Shown here: positions 1 to 8,847 of the stretch, one piece after another | Numbering within the stretch: position 1 is the first letter of the stretch | Layout of the letters: every line of letters starts with the position of its first letter | Source of the DNA: Gemmatimonas sp. | GTDB lineage: Bacteria > Gemmatimonadota > Gemmatimonadetes > Gemmatimonadales > Gemmatimonadaceae | DNA length: 64,000 nucleotides | Direction: 5' to 3' | NCBI GenBank assembly: GCA_031414535.1 | Contig: JANNVQ010000049.1 | Coordinates: 64,001 to 128,000 of the forward strand | The notes under the pieces: generated by a model | Database searches by the model: none | Told to the model about the DNA's origin: nothing | The model's input: the letters and a program-made list of their open reading frames with translations, nothing else | Program-made: the position numbers and the translations under genes

Positions 1-1
1 G

Positions 2-709
2 GGTCCGGAGCCCGCTTCGCCGGATATTGAGTATGCCGGAGTTTTCTGCGTTTCCTCTGATGATGAAGTTGAGCGAGCATTTGCGGACGCGGAGCCACCG
101 ACGCACGACGACTGGCATCCCGACTTCGTTGAGGATCGGCGCCAGCAGACGCTGGTGCGGGTGGGCGTTCGTCGAATCGGAGAGGCTGTCGATCAGTACA
201 TTCATCCTTCTCGAACAAACAGTGTCTCGAGCTCTGGAGAGTCTGCGGCCTGGTTCTCCGCTGGTCTCGCAGGCCTGTTGCCATCAGTGGCTGGTGAGGG
301 ACCTGGTCCACGGGTTCGACAGACTTCTACTTCGCGTGGGTCCGGCGGCGCGGGATCGCGTGTTGCAATTCCACTCGAGTTCACAGGCCAGCAAATCTGG
401 ACTGCTTCTGAGCACGGAGCCGATGTCGCGTTGAGGTATAGGCGTACCCGCGGGAGTGAGTCGACGACCGCCGTTGTTGAAGCGCATCCTGCGGTTCTCG
501 TCGGAGAAGGCTCGGACATTGAAACTGATGCCCCCGCACTTTCAGAGAGAGCGGTTGTGCTCGGATGGTACACGGACGCTGTTGAACCGATTTCCGCTTC
601 AGGAAGGCTCGAGCTGGAGCACTTCAGTGATCAGGAGTTTTGGCTAAGAGTTCGCGCGCCTGTTGACGCAGCTGTGACCGTTCGACTCGCTCTGGCGGTG
701 CCCGAGTGA
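2..709 (+). CDS. C-terminal part of a large hypothetical protein (5' end outside window), defence/RM-locus associated
   Basis: Frame +2 is open from base 2 (GPEPASPDIEYAGVFCVSSDDEVERAFADAEPPTHDDW...), so the 155 start in the ORF track is internal; its stop overlaps the next start (GTGA). Confidence 0.65.
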   Translation, partial: GPEPASPDIEYAGVFCVSSDDEVERAFADAEPPTHDDWHPDFVEDRRQQTLVRVGVRRIGEAVDQYIHPSRTNSVSSSGESAAWFSAGLAGLLPSVAGEGPGPRVRQTSTSRGSGGAGSRVAIPLEFTGQQIWTASEHGADVALRYRRTRGSESTTAVVEAHPAVLVGEGSDIETDAPALSERAVVLGWYTDAVEPISASGRLELEHFSDQEFWLRVRAPVDAAVTVRLALAVPE

Positions 710-1596
710 AGACACCTGTCATACGCCCTTATCCAACTCCGGCAGTCGAAACCGTGAGAGCTGATGCGTGGGACGTCTTCATAGACGGAGTCGTTCAAAC
801 TGGGGAGTTCTTGACCACCTATACACCAACTTGCACGATCAGCGCGCGTCGACGATTGCGCATTGACATGCAGGATGTCATCTCCGTCTGTGGAATCAAT
901 GACGCACGGTCGCTAGCCGTGCTGGTAACGTGGTACTCGTCGGGAACCGCGATACGAGGGCGAAAAATCGAGAACATTGAGTTGACAGAGAATGCCGCGT
1001 TGCACGAGGCGAGTTGTGAGTTGGCCGGCTCCGAGGTCGCTGACAAACTTGAACTTCGAACGCGACTTGTTGTTCGAACTGCCATAGCCCCCTTGAATGG
1101 TTCTCCAGGGTTCCCTGAGGGAGCTGTTCTTTGGGACGACGTCGTTCGCCTCAATGTAAGTGGAGCCGGCGCTCAGTTCCCAGTCGAGATTATCGACTTT
1201 GCAGAAGCTCACTTGCCAGAGCGAGCTGCTTGGTACTTGGATTGGAGCGAGCGTCAATGGGAACGACCGCTTCTAGGTCACGTGCGGTTGCTGGTTAATC
1301 GAACCGCAACTAGAGTCGCGACGGCATCTACGTCTCCGGAACCGACCCCTGAAGACAAGATGATACTTCGAATGATTCAGGTGGATGTTGCTCGGACATT
1401 GATTGAGAGCGCTTTGGCTGACCCAGAGTTTATCAATCAGCAAGAGTGGGAAGAGGATTCGACTGGCGGAATTGTATCGCTTCTCATCAACGGAATCTTC
1501 GGGGATCTTCAAACCGCTTCTCAAATCCGTTCTCGCTCAAACTCGGATCTCGCTGCTGCCATACAGAGCGGCACCGGCGCTAATTGGAGGTTTTAG
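706..1596 (+). CDS. Hypothetical protein (296 aa), translationally coupled within the locus
   Basis: Long ORF with GTGA overlap upstream and TAGTG overlap downstream. Confidence 0.75.
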   Translation: MKTPVIRPYPTPAVETVRADAWDVFIDGVVQTGEFLTTYTPTCTISARRRLRIDMQDVISVCGINDARSLAVLVTWYSSGTAIRGRKIENIELTENAALHEASCELAGSEVADKLELRTRLVVRTAIAPLNGSPGFPEGAVLWDDVVRLNVSGAGAQFPVEIIDFAEAHLPERAAWYLDWSERQWERPLLGHVRLLVNRTATRVATASTSPEPTPEDKMILRMIQVDVARTLIESALADPEFINQQEWEEDSTGGIVSLLINGIFGDLQTASQIRSRSNSDLAAAIQSGTGANWRF

Positions 1597-2372
1597 TGCA
1601 TCGTTATCCGCAGCTACTCAGGCCGAGTGCGAGAGCTCTAATCTCCGAATTGAGCACGCTCAGCGTGACCGACGCCGCGGCTCGTGCGTCGGTTGAGCAC
1701 CGCGCGTCGGTGTACTCCCCGCTTGGAAATCCGCGTGTTCCGGCGGACTCGCTTGGGTCATTTCGTCAGCGGATGCTTACTGCCGCGCGAACCCACGGAT
1801 ACCCCGACCGGCATCCGAAACGGAGTTCTGTGCGCGACGTGGACGGTGCTTTGCTCGCCGTGACCGCGACCTCGTTGGCGATGAGTGCGCATGAGTCGAC
1901 ACACCCCGGGGTTTGGGAATTTTTGTCATGTGTTTTACTCCCCGACATTGTGATCTGGCGGTTTGGTGGCGAGTCGGGTGGCGTAAGCCTTGATCGCTTC
2001 ATGGCGGGGCGCAGGAACGCGATCGAAAGGCTTTGGCGTCGACAGCAATTTCTCGGTAGTAGGATTGGAGACTCTAACGACTATTCTCTCATTCAGGTTC
2101 TGTCTGAAGACGAGCTCGTGCAAATCATGGAGCGACCACGGCTCGTCGGCCACAGAGAACTGTTGCGCGCTGTCGTCTCTGCAACTGTTGATAGCCAGGC
2201 ACGGGACAGATTTGGACGTGACCTGCTTCGCGACGTCCAGAAGCGAGTACTCCGTGCGACTTCAATTGTCTGCGTGGAAGCGCTAAGCGCTCAAGGGGTC
2301 TCGGACCTCGCTTCTAACCTGGTGCGATCGTCGATCTCCGCGCTCGAGAAATTGAATGCTGCCAAGACGTGA
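1596..2372 (+). CDS. DUF6339-like hypothetical protein
   Basis: GGAGG at 1586-1590 supports GTG 1596; W-x-FL..VLLPD..WR and RN...RLW-x-R motifs resemble DUF6339 (recalled, not searched). Confidence 0.55.
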   Translation: MHRYPQLLRPSARALISELSTLSVTDAAARASVEHRASVYSPLGNPRVPADSLGSFRQRMLTAARTHGYPDRHPKRSSVRDVDGALLAVTATSLAMSAHESTHPGVWEFLSCVLLPDIVIWRFGGESGGVSLDRFMAGRRNAIERLWRRQQFLGSRIGDSNDYSLIQVLSEDELVQIMERPRLVGHRELLRAVVSATVDSQARDRFGRDLLRDVQKRVLRATSIVCVEALSAQGVSDLASNLVRSSISALEKLNAAKT

Positions 2373-2413
2373 ACGTCGATCGTTGCATTCGAAATGTGTG
2401 GTGATGGCTCATG

Positions 2414-2441
2414 TTGACTGATTGTTTGTTTGGCTTATATT
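2414..2441 (+). promoter_or_regulatory. Putative sigma70 promoter of the methyltransferase
   Basis: TTGACT-16 bp-TATATT in an AT-rich intergenic gap. Confidence 0.4.
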
Positions 2442-2482
2442 CGGGCTAGGGAATCCACCAGTTAATCCAGCGAGTACCAAAA

Positions 2483-3547
2483 GTGCGATTTGGAGAGCTC
2501 TTTTGCGGTCCAGGCGGAATGAGTCAGGGCCTGAAGGTCGCAGCTCGCGAACTGGGTGTAGCCGTCACGCACTCGTGGGCGGTGGACATTGATGCAGACG
2601 CTACTGCCACGTTCAAGCAAAATTTTCCGGCGGCCAAGGTCTTAACTCGGGACATTCGGCGACTCGACTTGTCTGATTTATCAGAAGTCGATGGAATGGC
2701 CTTTGGCTTCCCCTGCAACGACTTCAGCTTAGTTGGTCAGCAGCGAGGAACACGCGGTGATTTCGGCCCGCTGTACTCTTACTGCGTCAGTGCCGTCGAG
2801 CGTTTTCAGCCAAAGTGGTTCGTTGCAGAAAATGTCGGGGGAATTCGAAGCGCAAACTCTGGAGTGGCTTTCGAGGAGATTCTGGGTTCTTTCGTCGGGC
2901 TCGGGTATCGGCTGACTCCGCATCTCTTCAAGTTTGAGAATTACGGTGTGCCTCAGCGGCGGCATCGGGTGTTGATTGTTGGAATTCGAAGCGATCTGGG
3001 CATGCGTTTCAAGGTGCCAGCTACGATTCCCGGCTTTCGTTCCGCCCAACAAGCACTTGAGGAGCCACCCATTGCGAGTGATGCACCGAATCACGAACTG
3101 ACTCGTCAGGCGCCGCACGTCGTGGCACGGCTGGAAGCGCTGGGGCCGGGAGAGAATGCATTCTCTGAGAGCTTGCCCGTTGAGCATCGCCTGAACATCA
3201 AGGGTGCGACAATAAGCCAGATCTATCGGCGCTTAAGTCCCGGCGTTCCGGCTTACACGGTCACGGGAAGCGGGGGGGGTGGCACTCACGTATATCACTG
3301 GAGCGAACCCAGGGCGCTGACTAATCGGGAGCGCGCACGCCTTCAGTCGTTCGAGGATGACTACGAGTTTATTGGAAGCAAAGAATCGGTGCGTCGCCAG
3401 ATTGGAATGGCCGTACCGCCTGTGGGGGCAGCGGCAGTTTACAAAGCGCTCCTCATGACGATGCGTGCTGAACCATATGATTTTGTGGAGCCTAGTCTTG
3501 GGGCCAAGTACAGCTCTCTAATTGAGCAGTTGGAGATCTGCTATTAG
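2483..3547 (+). CDS. dcm: DNA (cytosine-5)-methyltransferase
   Basis: Motif I ELFCGPGG, motif IV GFPCNDFS, motif VI ENV, motif VIII VPQRRHR, motif IX/X RERARLQSF...IGMAVP. Confidence 0.95.
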   Translation: MRFGELFCGPGGMSQGLKVAARELGVAVTHSWAVDIDADATATFKQNFPAAKVLTRDIRRLDLSDLSEVDGMAFGFPCNDFSLVGQQRGTRGDFGPLYSYCVSAVERFQPKWFVAENVGGIRSANSGVAFEEILGSFVGLGYRLTPHLFKFENYGVPQRRHRVLIVGIRSDLGMRFKVPATIPGFRSAQQALEEPPIASDAPNHELTRQAPHVVARLEALGPGENAFSESLPVEHRLNIKGATISQIYRRLSPGVPAYTVTGSGGGGTHVYHWSEPRALTNRERARLQSFEDDYEFIGSKESVRRQIGMAVPPVGAAAVYKALLMTMRAEPYDFVEPSLGAKYSSLIEQLEICY

Positions 3548-3581
3548 CGAATGGGGTCGCGGTCAGGCGGGAGATATATTA

Positions 3582-4909
3582 GGGCCTATCCGGAATTCTG
3601 TGTGTGAGGCCATACTCACCCTGAAGGAGGGACGATGGCCAGACCGAAAGAGGAGTTCCCCACGTTTGACCCGGCGGCGCTGGACGCGCTGATTGGGGAT
3701 GCGCGCTCGCCGGAGGATTTCACCGCCGTGATGCGCGCGTTGCAGAAGCGGCTCGCCGAGCGGATGCTGGCCGGCGAGCTGACGGCGCACCTGGGTTACG
3801 GGCCCGGCGAGGAGAAGCCCGCGGGGCAGACGAATCATCGCAACGGCGCGACGCCGAAGACGGTGCTGACCGAGACGGGCGCCGTGCCGCTGGAGATCCC
3901 GCGCGACCGCGAGGGCACGTTCCGGCCGCAGCTCGTACCGACGGGCGTGCGGCGCCTGCCGCAGTTCGATGCGAATGTGCTGTCGCTCTACGCGCGGGGC
4001 GTGAGCGTGCGCGAGATCCAGGCGCATCTGGAGCAGCTGTATCAGGTGGAGATTGCGCCGAGCGTCATCAGCGTCATCACCGACGAGGTGGTGGCCGAGG
4101 TGCAGGCGTGGCAGCAGCGGCCGCTCGAGCGGATGTATCCGGTCGTCATCTTCGATGCGCTGCGTGTGAAGATCCGCGACGAGGGCACGGTGCGGAACAA
4201 GGCCGTCTACCTCGCGCTCGGCGTGGACCGCGAGGGGCACAAGGAGGTGCTGGGGCTCTGGATCGAGCAGACGGAAGGCGCGGGCTTCTGGTTGCGCGTG
4301 ATGAGCGAGCTGAAGGCGCGCGGCGTCGACGACATCCTGGTGGCGCTCGTCGATGGGCTCGTCGGCTTCCCGGACGCCATCACGACCGTCTTCCCGCAGG
4401 CGCAGGTGCATCACTGCGTGGTGCATCTCGTGCGGCAGAGCCTCGCGTACGCGAACTGGAAGGACCGCAAGGCGGTCAGCGGGACGCTGCGCGCCATCTA
4501 CCGTGCGCCCACCGAGGCCGCGGCGGGGCAGGCGCTCGACGCCTTCGCGGCGGGCCCGTGGGGCACCAAGTACCCGGCCATCACGGCGCTCTGGCGGCGG
4601 CACTGGCCGCACGTCGTGCCGGTCTTCGCGTACCCGCCCGAGATCCGGCGGCTGCTCTACACGACGAACGCCATCGAGAGCCTGCACATGCAGCTCCGGA
4701 AGATCGTGAAGACCCGCGGCCACTTCCCGACCGACGAAGCCGCGGCCAAGTTGCTCTATCTCGCGCTGCGCAACATCCAAGCGAAGTGGAAGCGCGGGAA
4801 TCACGCCTGGAAGGCCGCGATGCCGTATCTCGGGATGCTGTTTGGGACGCGCTTCAGCGATCATGCGTGATCACCACGACGCCTCACACACAGAAATCCG
4901 TACAGGCCC
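3582..4909 (+). mobile_element. IS256-family insertion sequence, complete
   Basis: 29-bp terminal inverted repeats 3582-3610 and 4881-4909 (26/29 identical); 8-bp direct repeat ATATATTA at 3574-3581 and 4910-4917. Confidence 0.95.
3635..4870 (+). CDS. IS256-family (Mutator) transposase
   Basis: RNG..PRDREG, FDALRVKIR, VDGLVGF, CVVH and YTTNAIES motifs; SD GGAGG upstream. Confidence 0.95.
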   Translation: MARPKEEFPTFDPAALDALIGDARSPEDFTAVMRALQKRLAERMLAGELTAHLGYGPGEEKPAGQTNHRNGATPKTVLTETGAVPLEIPRDREGTFRPQLVPTGVRRLPQFDANVLSLYARGVSVREIQAHLEQLYQVEIAPSVISVITDEVVAEVQAWQQRPLERMYPVVIFDALRVKIRDEGTVRNKAVYLALGVDREGHKEVLGLWIEQTEGAGFWLRVMSELKARGVDDILVALVDGLVGFPDAITTVFPQAQVHHCVVHLVRQSLAYANWKDRKAVSGTLRAIYRAPTEAAAGQALDAFAAGPWGTKYPAITALWRRHWPHVVPVFAYPPEIRRLLYTTNAIESLHMQLRKIVKTRGHFPTDEAAAKLLYLALRNIQAKWKRGNHAWKAAMPYLGMLFGTRFSDHA

Positions 4910-4916
4910 ATATATT

Positions 4917-4932
4917 ATCTTACTACTAAGAT
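4917..4932. promoter_or_regulatory. Putative MarR operator overlapping the start codon
   Basis: Imperfect palindrome ATCTTACTACTAAGAT; related copy at 5453-5468. Confidence 0.5.
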
Positions 4933-5407
4933 GACTGACCCCACCCCCACCGCCCTCAAACTCTACGTCGTCCTCTCCCGGGCGTCCGAAGCGCTCCACG
5001 CCCACACCAAAGCCGACATCGAGTCCCACGGACTCTCCCACACCGAATTCGCCATCCTCGAAGCCCTCTTCCACAAGGGCCCCATGCTCCTCGGCGAAGT
5101 CCAGAAGAAGATCCTCGTCTCCTCCGGTGGCATCACCTTCCTTATAGATAAGCTCGAAAAGCGAGGCCTCGTCACACGCCGCCTCTGCGAGACCGACCGC
5201 CGCGCCCGCTACGCCGAGCTCACCCCAGAAGGCCAGGCGCTCATCGCCGGCATCTTCCCCGAGCACGCCGAAGTCATCCGCCGCGCCACCGCCGGACTCG
5301 GCCTGGCCGACCAACGCAAGCTGATCGAACTCCTCAAAGCCCTGGGCACCGAGGCAGAAGCCCTCGAGCCCCGCCCCACCGGCCTAGCAGCAGCCTCAAA
5401 ACCCTGA
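4931..5407 (+). CDS. MarR-family regulator (MhqR-like)
   Basis: GLSHTEFAILEALFHKGP...LVSSGGITFLIDKLEKRGLV.R...DRR...LTPEG winged helix. Confidence 0.9.
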   Translation: MTDPTPTALKLYVVLSRASEALHAHTKADIESHGLSHTEFAILEALFHKGPMLLGEVQKKILVSSGGITFLIDKLEKRGLVTRRLCETDRRARYAELTPEGQALIAGIFPEHAEVIRRATAGLGLADQRKLIELLKALGTEAEALEPRPTGLAAASKP

Positions 5408-5452
5408 CCCGCCACCCCGGAAAACACCCCGGGAACGAAATCTGGACCTAAA

Positions 5453-5468
5453 GCCTTAGTAGTGAGAC
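5453..5468. promoter_or_regulatory. Second putative MarR operator upstream of the dioxygenase
   Basis: Reverse complement GTCTCACTACTAAGGC matches 4917-4932 at 12/16. Confidence 0.45.
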
Positions 5469-5488
5469 GTTCACCAGTAGAGGTACTT

Positions 5489-6559
5489 ATGGCCCGCTCC
5501 GCCCCCACAACCCTCGGCTTCCACCACATCACGCTCGTCGCCTCCGACGCGCGACGCACCCTCGCGTTCTATCACGAGGTGCTCGGCCTGGCACTGGTGA
5601 AGCAGACCGTCAACTTCGACGACCCGTCCTCGTACCACCTGTACTTCGGCAACGCCGAGGGCGCGCCAGGCACGCTGGTCACCTTCTTCGAGTGGCTCAC
5701 CGCGCCGCGCGGTCGCTACGGCGTCGGCGGTGTGCATCACCTGGCCTTCTCCACGCCCACGTACGATACCCTGCTCAAGTGGAAGCGTCGCCTGCAGGAC
5801 TTGGGACTTCCCGTCTCCGGCCCAATGCCGCGCGGCTACTTCAACTCGCTGTACTTCCGCGATCCAGACGGTCAGGTCCTCGAGATCGCGACCGCAGGCC
5901 CGGGCTACGACATCGACGAACCCATCGCCGAGTTGGGGCGGCACATCCTCGGTCAGCAGCCACATCAGTTGCCGGGCACGCGTGACGAGATGGCGATCGC
6001 TCGCACGACGCATCCGGAACCGGTGCCGTTCATCACGCCCGACATGGCCCTCACCGGCCTGCATCACATCACGGGCATGACGGACGACATCGATCGCACG
6101 AGCGACTTCTATGAAGAGGCCCTTGGCCTGAAGCTCGTGAAGAAGACCATCAATCAAGATGACCCAGATACGCCGCACTGGTTCTGGGCCAACTACGATG
6201 GCAGTCGCGTGCTCCCTGGGAGCTCGTGGACCCTCTTCGGCTGGTCGCCGCGGCATCCCAAGGCACGCAACGGCACGGGCCAAACGCACCACGTCGCGTT
6301 CCGCGCGAAGTCAGATGATGAACAACTCGCCTGGCGCGACCACCTCATGACAATCGGGCTCGATGTCTCGCCCGTGATGGATAGGCAGTACTTCAAGAGC
6401 ATCTACTTTCAGGCGCCGGATGGGCAGTTGCTAGAGATAGCGACCGATGGACCCGGATTTGCGGTAGATGAAGCCGCACTCGGCGCGGAGCTGAAGCTTC
6501 CGTCGTGGCTCGAATCCGAGAGAACGCAGATCGCGGAAGCTCTCGGGCCGCTCAGATAG
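5489..6559 (+). CDS. Ring-cleaving dioxygenase, VOC/glyoxalase family (MhqA/MhqO-like)
   Basis: Two VOC repeats: GFHHIT...VKQTVNFDDP.SYHLYFG and GLHHIT...DRQYFKSIYF...EIATDGPGF. Confidence 0.85.
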   Translation: MARSAPTTLGFHHITLVASDARRTLAFYHEVLGLALVKQTVNFDDPSSYHLYFGNAEGAPGTLVTFFEWLTAPRGRYGVGGVHHLAFSTPTYDTLLKWKRRLQDLGLPVSGPMPRGYFNSLYFRDPDGQVLEIATAGPGYDIDEPIAELGRHILGQQPHQLPGTRDEMAIARTTHPEPVPFITPDMALTGLHHITGMTDDIDRTSDFYEEALGLKLVKKTINQDDPDTPHWFWANYDGSRVLPGSSWTLFGWSPRHPKARNGTGQTHHVAFRAKSDDEQLAWRDHLMTIGLDVSPVMDRQYFKSIYFQAPDGQLLEIATDGPGFAVDEAALGAELKLPSWLESERTQIAEALGPLR

Positions 6560-6560
6560 A

Positions 6561-6632
6561 GGACGGAAGACGGATGACGGATGCTAACTGCAACCACGCG
6601 CGTTGTGAGCATCCGTCATCCGTCATCCGTCC
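6561..6632. repeat. Heptamer-repeat hairpin (GACGGAT)3 / (ATCCGTC)3
   Basis: 25-bp arms 6561-6585 and 6608-6632 are reverse complements at 24/25. Confidence 0.9.
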
Positions 6633-6666
6633 AGTTAACTCACCCCACTAACACTCGAGACAAACT

Positions 6667-7197
6667 ATGATCTGGAACATTGATGCATCGCACACCAACG
6701 TTGATTTCGCCGTCAAGCACATGGCGATCTCCACCGTCCGCGGCTCATTCAACGTCTTCTCCGCCACTGGCGAGACGAATGATGCTGGCTTCCCCACCAA
6801 GCTCTCGATGGAGATTGACGCAGCCTCGGTGAACACCGCCAATGAGCAGCGCGACGGCCACCTGAAGTCCCCGGACTTCTTCGACGTTGCCGCTTCGCCG
6901 AAGATCACCTTCGTCGCCACCAAGATCAGCGGCGTGCCGTCCGAGCTCGTGATCGTCGGCGATCTCACCATCCGCGGCGTGACCAAGTCGGTCACCCTCA
7001 ACGGCGAGATCTCCGGTGAAGCCAAGGATCCTTGGGGCATGACGCGCCGCTCGCTCGAAGTCTCGGGCAAGATCCTGCGCTCGGAGTTCGGCCTCACCTG
7101 GAACGCGGCCCTCGAGATGGGCGGCGTGCTGGTGTCCGACGAAGTGAAGCTCAGCATCTCGGCGCAGGCGATCGTTGCGCAGCCGGTGGCGGCGTAA
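6667..7197 (+). CDS. YceI-family protein
   Basis: WNIDASHTNVDFAVKHM...RDGHLKSPDFFD...GDLTIRGVTK...DPWG. Confidence 0.95.
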   Translation: MIWNIDASHTNVDFAVKHMAISTVRGSFNVFSATGETNDAGFPTKLSMEIDAASVNTANEQRDGHLKSPDFFDVAASPKITFVATKISGVPSELVIVGDLTIRGVTKSVTLNGEISGEAKDPWGMTRRSLEVSGKILRSEFGLTWNAALEMGGVLVSDEVKLSISAQAIVAQPVAA

Positions 7198-7227
7198 GCT
7201 GATGGTCTAGTCGGGCTCCAAACCGAC

Positions 7228-7271
7228 TGGAGAGAGGGCCACCCTGCGCAGGCGGGGTGGCCCTCTCTCCA
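7228..7271 (+). terminator. 20-bp stem-loop after yceI (terminator or REP-like)
   Basis: TGGAGAGAGGGCCACCCTGC / GCGGGGTGGCCCTCTCTCCA with 4-nt loop; weak U tract. Confidence 0.6.
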
Positions 7272-7299
7272 TTGCACTTTATATCTAAACCAATATAAT
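7272..7299 (+). promoter_or_regulatory. Sigma70 promoter with overlapping palindrome; probable leaderless transcript
   Basis: TTGCAC-16-TATAAT, TTATAT-N8-ATATAA at 7279-7298, GTG 6 nt after the -10. Confidence 0.5.
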
Positions 7300-7305
7300 T
7301 CGTGG

Positions 7306-7599
7306 GTGAAGAAAATCGGAAAGCTCACGTACTACGAAGATGGTTGGGAGGCGCGGAAGCTCCCGCCGGGGAAGGCGGAGAATCTTCGCATGCGCAGCCA
7401 CGCGATGATTATGCTCCGCGACATTGTCGAAGAGCGCGAACTGACACAAGCGCGTGCGGCGAAGCTTCTGGGCGTCAGTCAGCCGCGTGTGAGTGCCCTG
7501 TTGAACGGGCACATCGAGAAGTTCAGTCTCGACGCTCTGGTGCAGATGCTTTCGCACGCGGGGTACTTCGTGAGCATCGCCATCAAGCGCAAGAACTGA
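7306..7599 (+). CDS. XRE-family HTH protein (HigA-like antitoxin, no adjacent toxin)
   Basis: LTQARAAKLLGVSQPRVSALLNGHIEKFSLDALV motif. Confidence 0.85.
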   Translation: MKKIGKLTYYEDGWEARKLPPGKAENLRMRSHAMIMLRDIVEERELTQARAAKLLGVSQPRVSALLNGHIEKFSLDALVQMLSHAGYFVSIAIKRKN

Positions 7600-7607
7600 G
7601 GACGGCG

Positions 7608-7781
7608 CTAGGGCTTTTGCTTGGGCTGCGGTGCTTCTTCGGCGCCTGAGTCAAGCGCAACAACGGTCACTTCGCTCTCAGCGAAGCGCTTCGCGTACTC
7701 GCCGCGCACGCCGCCGCTGAAGTCGTACTCGGGGCGCATATCATCAGCTCCCTCAAGTTCGCGGGCAGTCTTCTTTTTCAT
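7608..7781 (-). pseudogene. 57-aa truncated BrnA/CopG-like antitoxin (not in ORF track)
   Basis: Hand translation MKKKTARELEGADDMRPEYDFSGGVRGEYAKRFAESEVTVVALDSGAEEAPQPKQKP*. Confidence 0.55.
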
Positions 7782-7862
7782 ATGTAGACGTCGCCAAGTT
7801 CGGGTTAGCTGCGCAACGGTCTGATGCTGATATTTACAACGGGTGGCGTTATAACGCTACCC

Positions 7863-8156
7863 GTGATAGTTTCCTTTGCAGACACCCCCACTGCGGACGT
7901 TTTCAACGGCATCGCCTCGGCTGCGGCAAGGCGCTGCTGTCCCACGGCGCTCTGGCCAGTCGCTCGGAGAAAGCTCGACCAAATCCACTGGGTGCGCCGA
8001 CTCGACGAGCTGCGGGACCCACCCGGAAATCGCCTCGAGCGCCTGCAAGGAAACCGCTTTGGGCAGTACAGCATCCGCGTCAATCGCGAATATCGAATCT
8101 GCTTCCGATGGGAGAATGGGAATGCCACGCAAGTTGAACTCACGGACTACCACTAA
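7863..8156 (+). CDS. higB: HigB/RelE-family toxin (plasmid-killer type)
   Basis: IVSF...ARRKLDQI...LRDPPGNRLERLQGNRFGQYSIRVNREYRICFRW...VELTDYH; palindrome GCGTTATAACGC at 7846-7857. Confidence 0.9.
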   Translation: MIVSFADTPTADVFNGIASAAARRCCPTALWPVARRKLDQIHWVRRLDELRDPPGNRLERLQGNRFGQYSIRVNREYRICFRWENGNATQVELTDYH

Positions 8157-8487
8157 GAAGAAGCCGAGCCGCCTCGTCAGCCGCCGCTTGCCGTCAAGCA
8201 GGCCGCCGACTCACCCCGGCGAGATGCTAATCGAAGAGTTCCTCAAACCACTTGGCATCTCGCAGTCGGCCTTCGCAGTTCGCCTCGGCGTCTCCTTCCC
8301 GCGCCTCAACGAGATCGCTCGCGGCAAGCGGGGCGTCACGGCAGACACCGCCCTTCGGCTCGCCCAGGTGTTGGGTATGAGCGCCGACTTCTGGCTCGGC
8401 CTTCAGGCTGATTGGGACCTCTGGCACGCGCTTCGCTCAGCGGAGGGAGCCAGGATTCGAGCACTCGTGCCTATGGCGAGAGGTTGA
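8122..8487 (+). CDS. higA: HigA antitoxin (start uncertain)
   Basis: PTHPGEMLIEEFLKPLG...RLNEIARGKRGVTADTALRL...FWLGLQ; GGAG 7 nt before ATG 8122. Confidence 0.85.
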   Translation: MPRKLNSRTTTKKKPSRLVSRRLPSSRPPTHPGEMLIEEFLKPLGISQSAFAVRLGVSFPRLNEIARGKRGVTADTALRLAQVLGMSADFWLGLQADWDLWHALRSAEGARIRALVPMARG

Positions 8488-8625
8488 ACGCACCTCGGTG
8501 GCTTGAGCGAATTTTGCCCCTTCGGCATCGATTCGATTCGCTACTCGCCCAACCCATCCAGTACCCTTGGCGCCATGTCCATCCGACATTTGTCCTCGGG
8601 AGCGCGGTGTGTTACAATGTATTAC

Positions 8626-8847
8626 ATGAAATCCGCCACGGTCACCATTCGGCTTGACGCCAAGCTTCAGAAAGAACTTGACCGTCTGAGTCGCCAGCTC
8701 GGGCGCAGCCGGAGCGAGCTTGTGCGCGACGCGCTCCGGCGCCAGCTCGCGCTCACTCGTTTTGAGCAGGCGCGCCGCGCGATCCTGCCGCTGGCCGAGG
8801 CGCAGGGCTTCCTCACGGATGAGGATGTGTTCCGCGACGTGTCGTGA
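8626..8847 (+). CDS. Ribbon-helix-helix (CopG) antitoxin
   Basis: TVTIRLD...LDRLSRQLGRSRSELVRDALRR; TACAAT -10 at 8613-8618 just upstream. Confidence 0.85.
   Translation: MKSATVTIRLDAKLQKELDRLSRQLGRSRSELVRDALRRQLALTRFEQARRAILPLAEAQGFLTDEDVFRDVS

Noticed and set aside
3563..4864. 433-aa ORF antisense to the transposase
   Set aside because: Shadow of GC-rich codon usage with no recognisable motifs
4881..4930. Hybrid promoter from an outward -35 in the IS256 end
   Set aside because: No TTGACA-like hexamer at 16-18 bp from the candidate -10 boxes
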